Part shown: positions 63,706-64,000 of the stretch, one piece after another
Numbering within the stretch: position 1 is the first letter of the stretch
How the letters are laid out: every line of letters starts with the position of its first letter
Origin: Anthoceros angustus
Lineage: Eukaryota; Plantae; Anthocerotophyta
Assembly (NCBI GenBank): GCA_010909165.1
Contig: VJWM01000118.1
Span: forward strand, 806,001 to 870,000
Direction: 5' to 3'
Length of the DNA stretch: 64,000 bases
The notes under the pieces: model-generated
What the model was told of the DNA's origin: nothing
What the model saw: only the letters and a program-made list of their open reading frames with translations
Databases searched by the model: none
Translations under genes and position numbers: made by a program

Positions 63706-64000
63706 CTCATCCACTATACGCATTTAGGTCGATTGACTGGTGGGACTTGCATGAGCAAGACATTAAATGTAACCGTGAAATAAGGTAGAAAAGTAAAAAT
63801 AAAAAACTAAGTTAGTAGTCGCTTGTTAAGAAGATGCATGTGTTGCATGCTTCATGCAATGTCCTCGTTAGAGAGGAATTGCTACCACAAATGAAGAGCG
63901 CCAGAGAGGACTCTTAGTGATCGGGTGGTGTAGAATCCCTAGATTTAATAGCTACCTAGTTGAGGTCAGTCATGGATATGTAAGGGCTAGAGCAAAGGCT

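Noticed and set aside
1-64000. tRNA, rRNA or snRNA genes
   Set aside because: None recognised; the only tRNA-related sequences are the two retrotransposon PBS sites.

Overview
Eukaryotic nuclear DNA from a compact-genome land plant. Short GT-AG introns, a TORNADO1-like ROCO gene and ~50% GC coding DNA suggest a non-seed plant such as Selaginella (inference). The left ~42 kb is a rearranged accessory zone. It holds two adjacent, oppositely oriented Ty1/copia LTR retrotransposons (4668-11466 +; 11670-19230 -), each with short LTRs and extra ORFs. It also holds chains of intron-bearing fragments of unrelated housekeeping genes (CstF77, ABC1K, GCR1, ERD4/CSC1, SLX1, delta-COP), a ~4 kb segmental duplication (353-4333 vs 37921-41908), many recent tandem duplications, and an LRR-Roc-COR gene with an internally triplicated LRR block. 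The right part has mTERF, TYW1 and a 2OG-Fe(II) dioxygenase, then a ~2,360-codon gene combining a GBP/atlastin/VLIG-type GTPase, Cys/His-rich repeats and a C-terminal VWA domain. It ends with a non-autonomous Mutator-like element (59317-63705; ~270 bp TIRs, 9-bp TSD) carrying SWIM-protein remnants. Single-base indels are pervasive, even in TYW1, so many frameshifts are probably consensus errors. No tRNA, rRNA or CRISPR features were found. Family assignments rest on motif recognition by eye; no searches were run.
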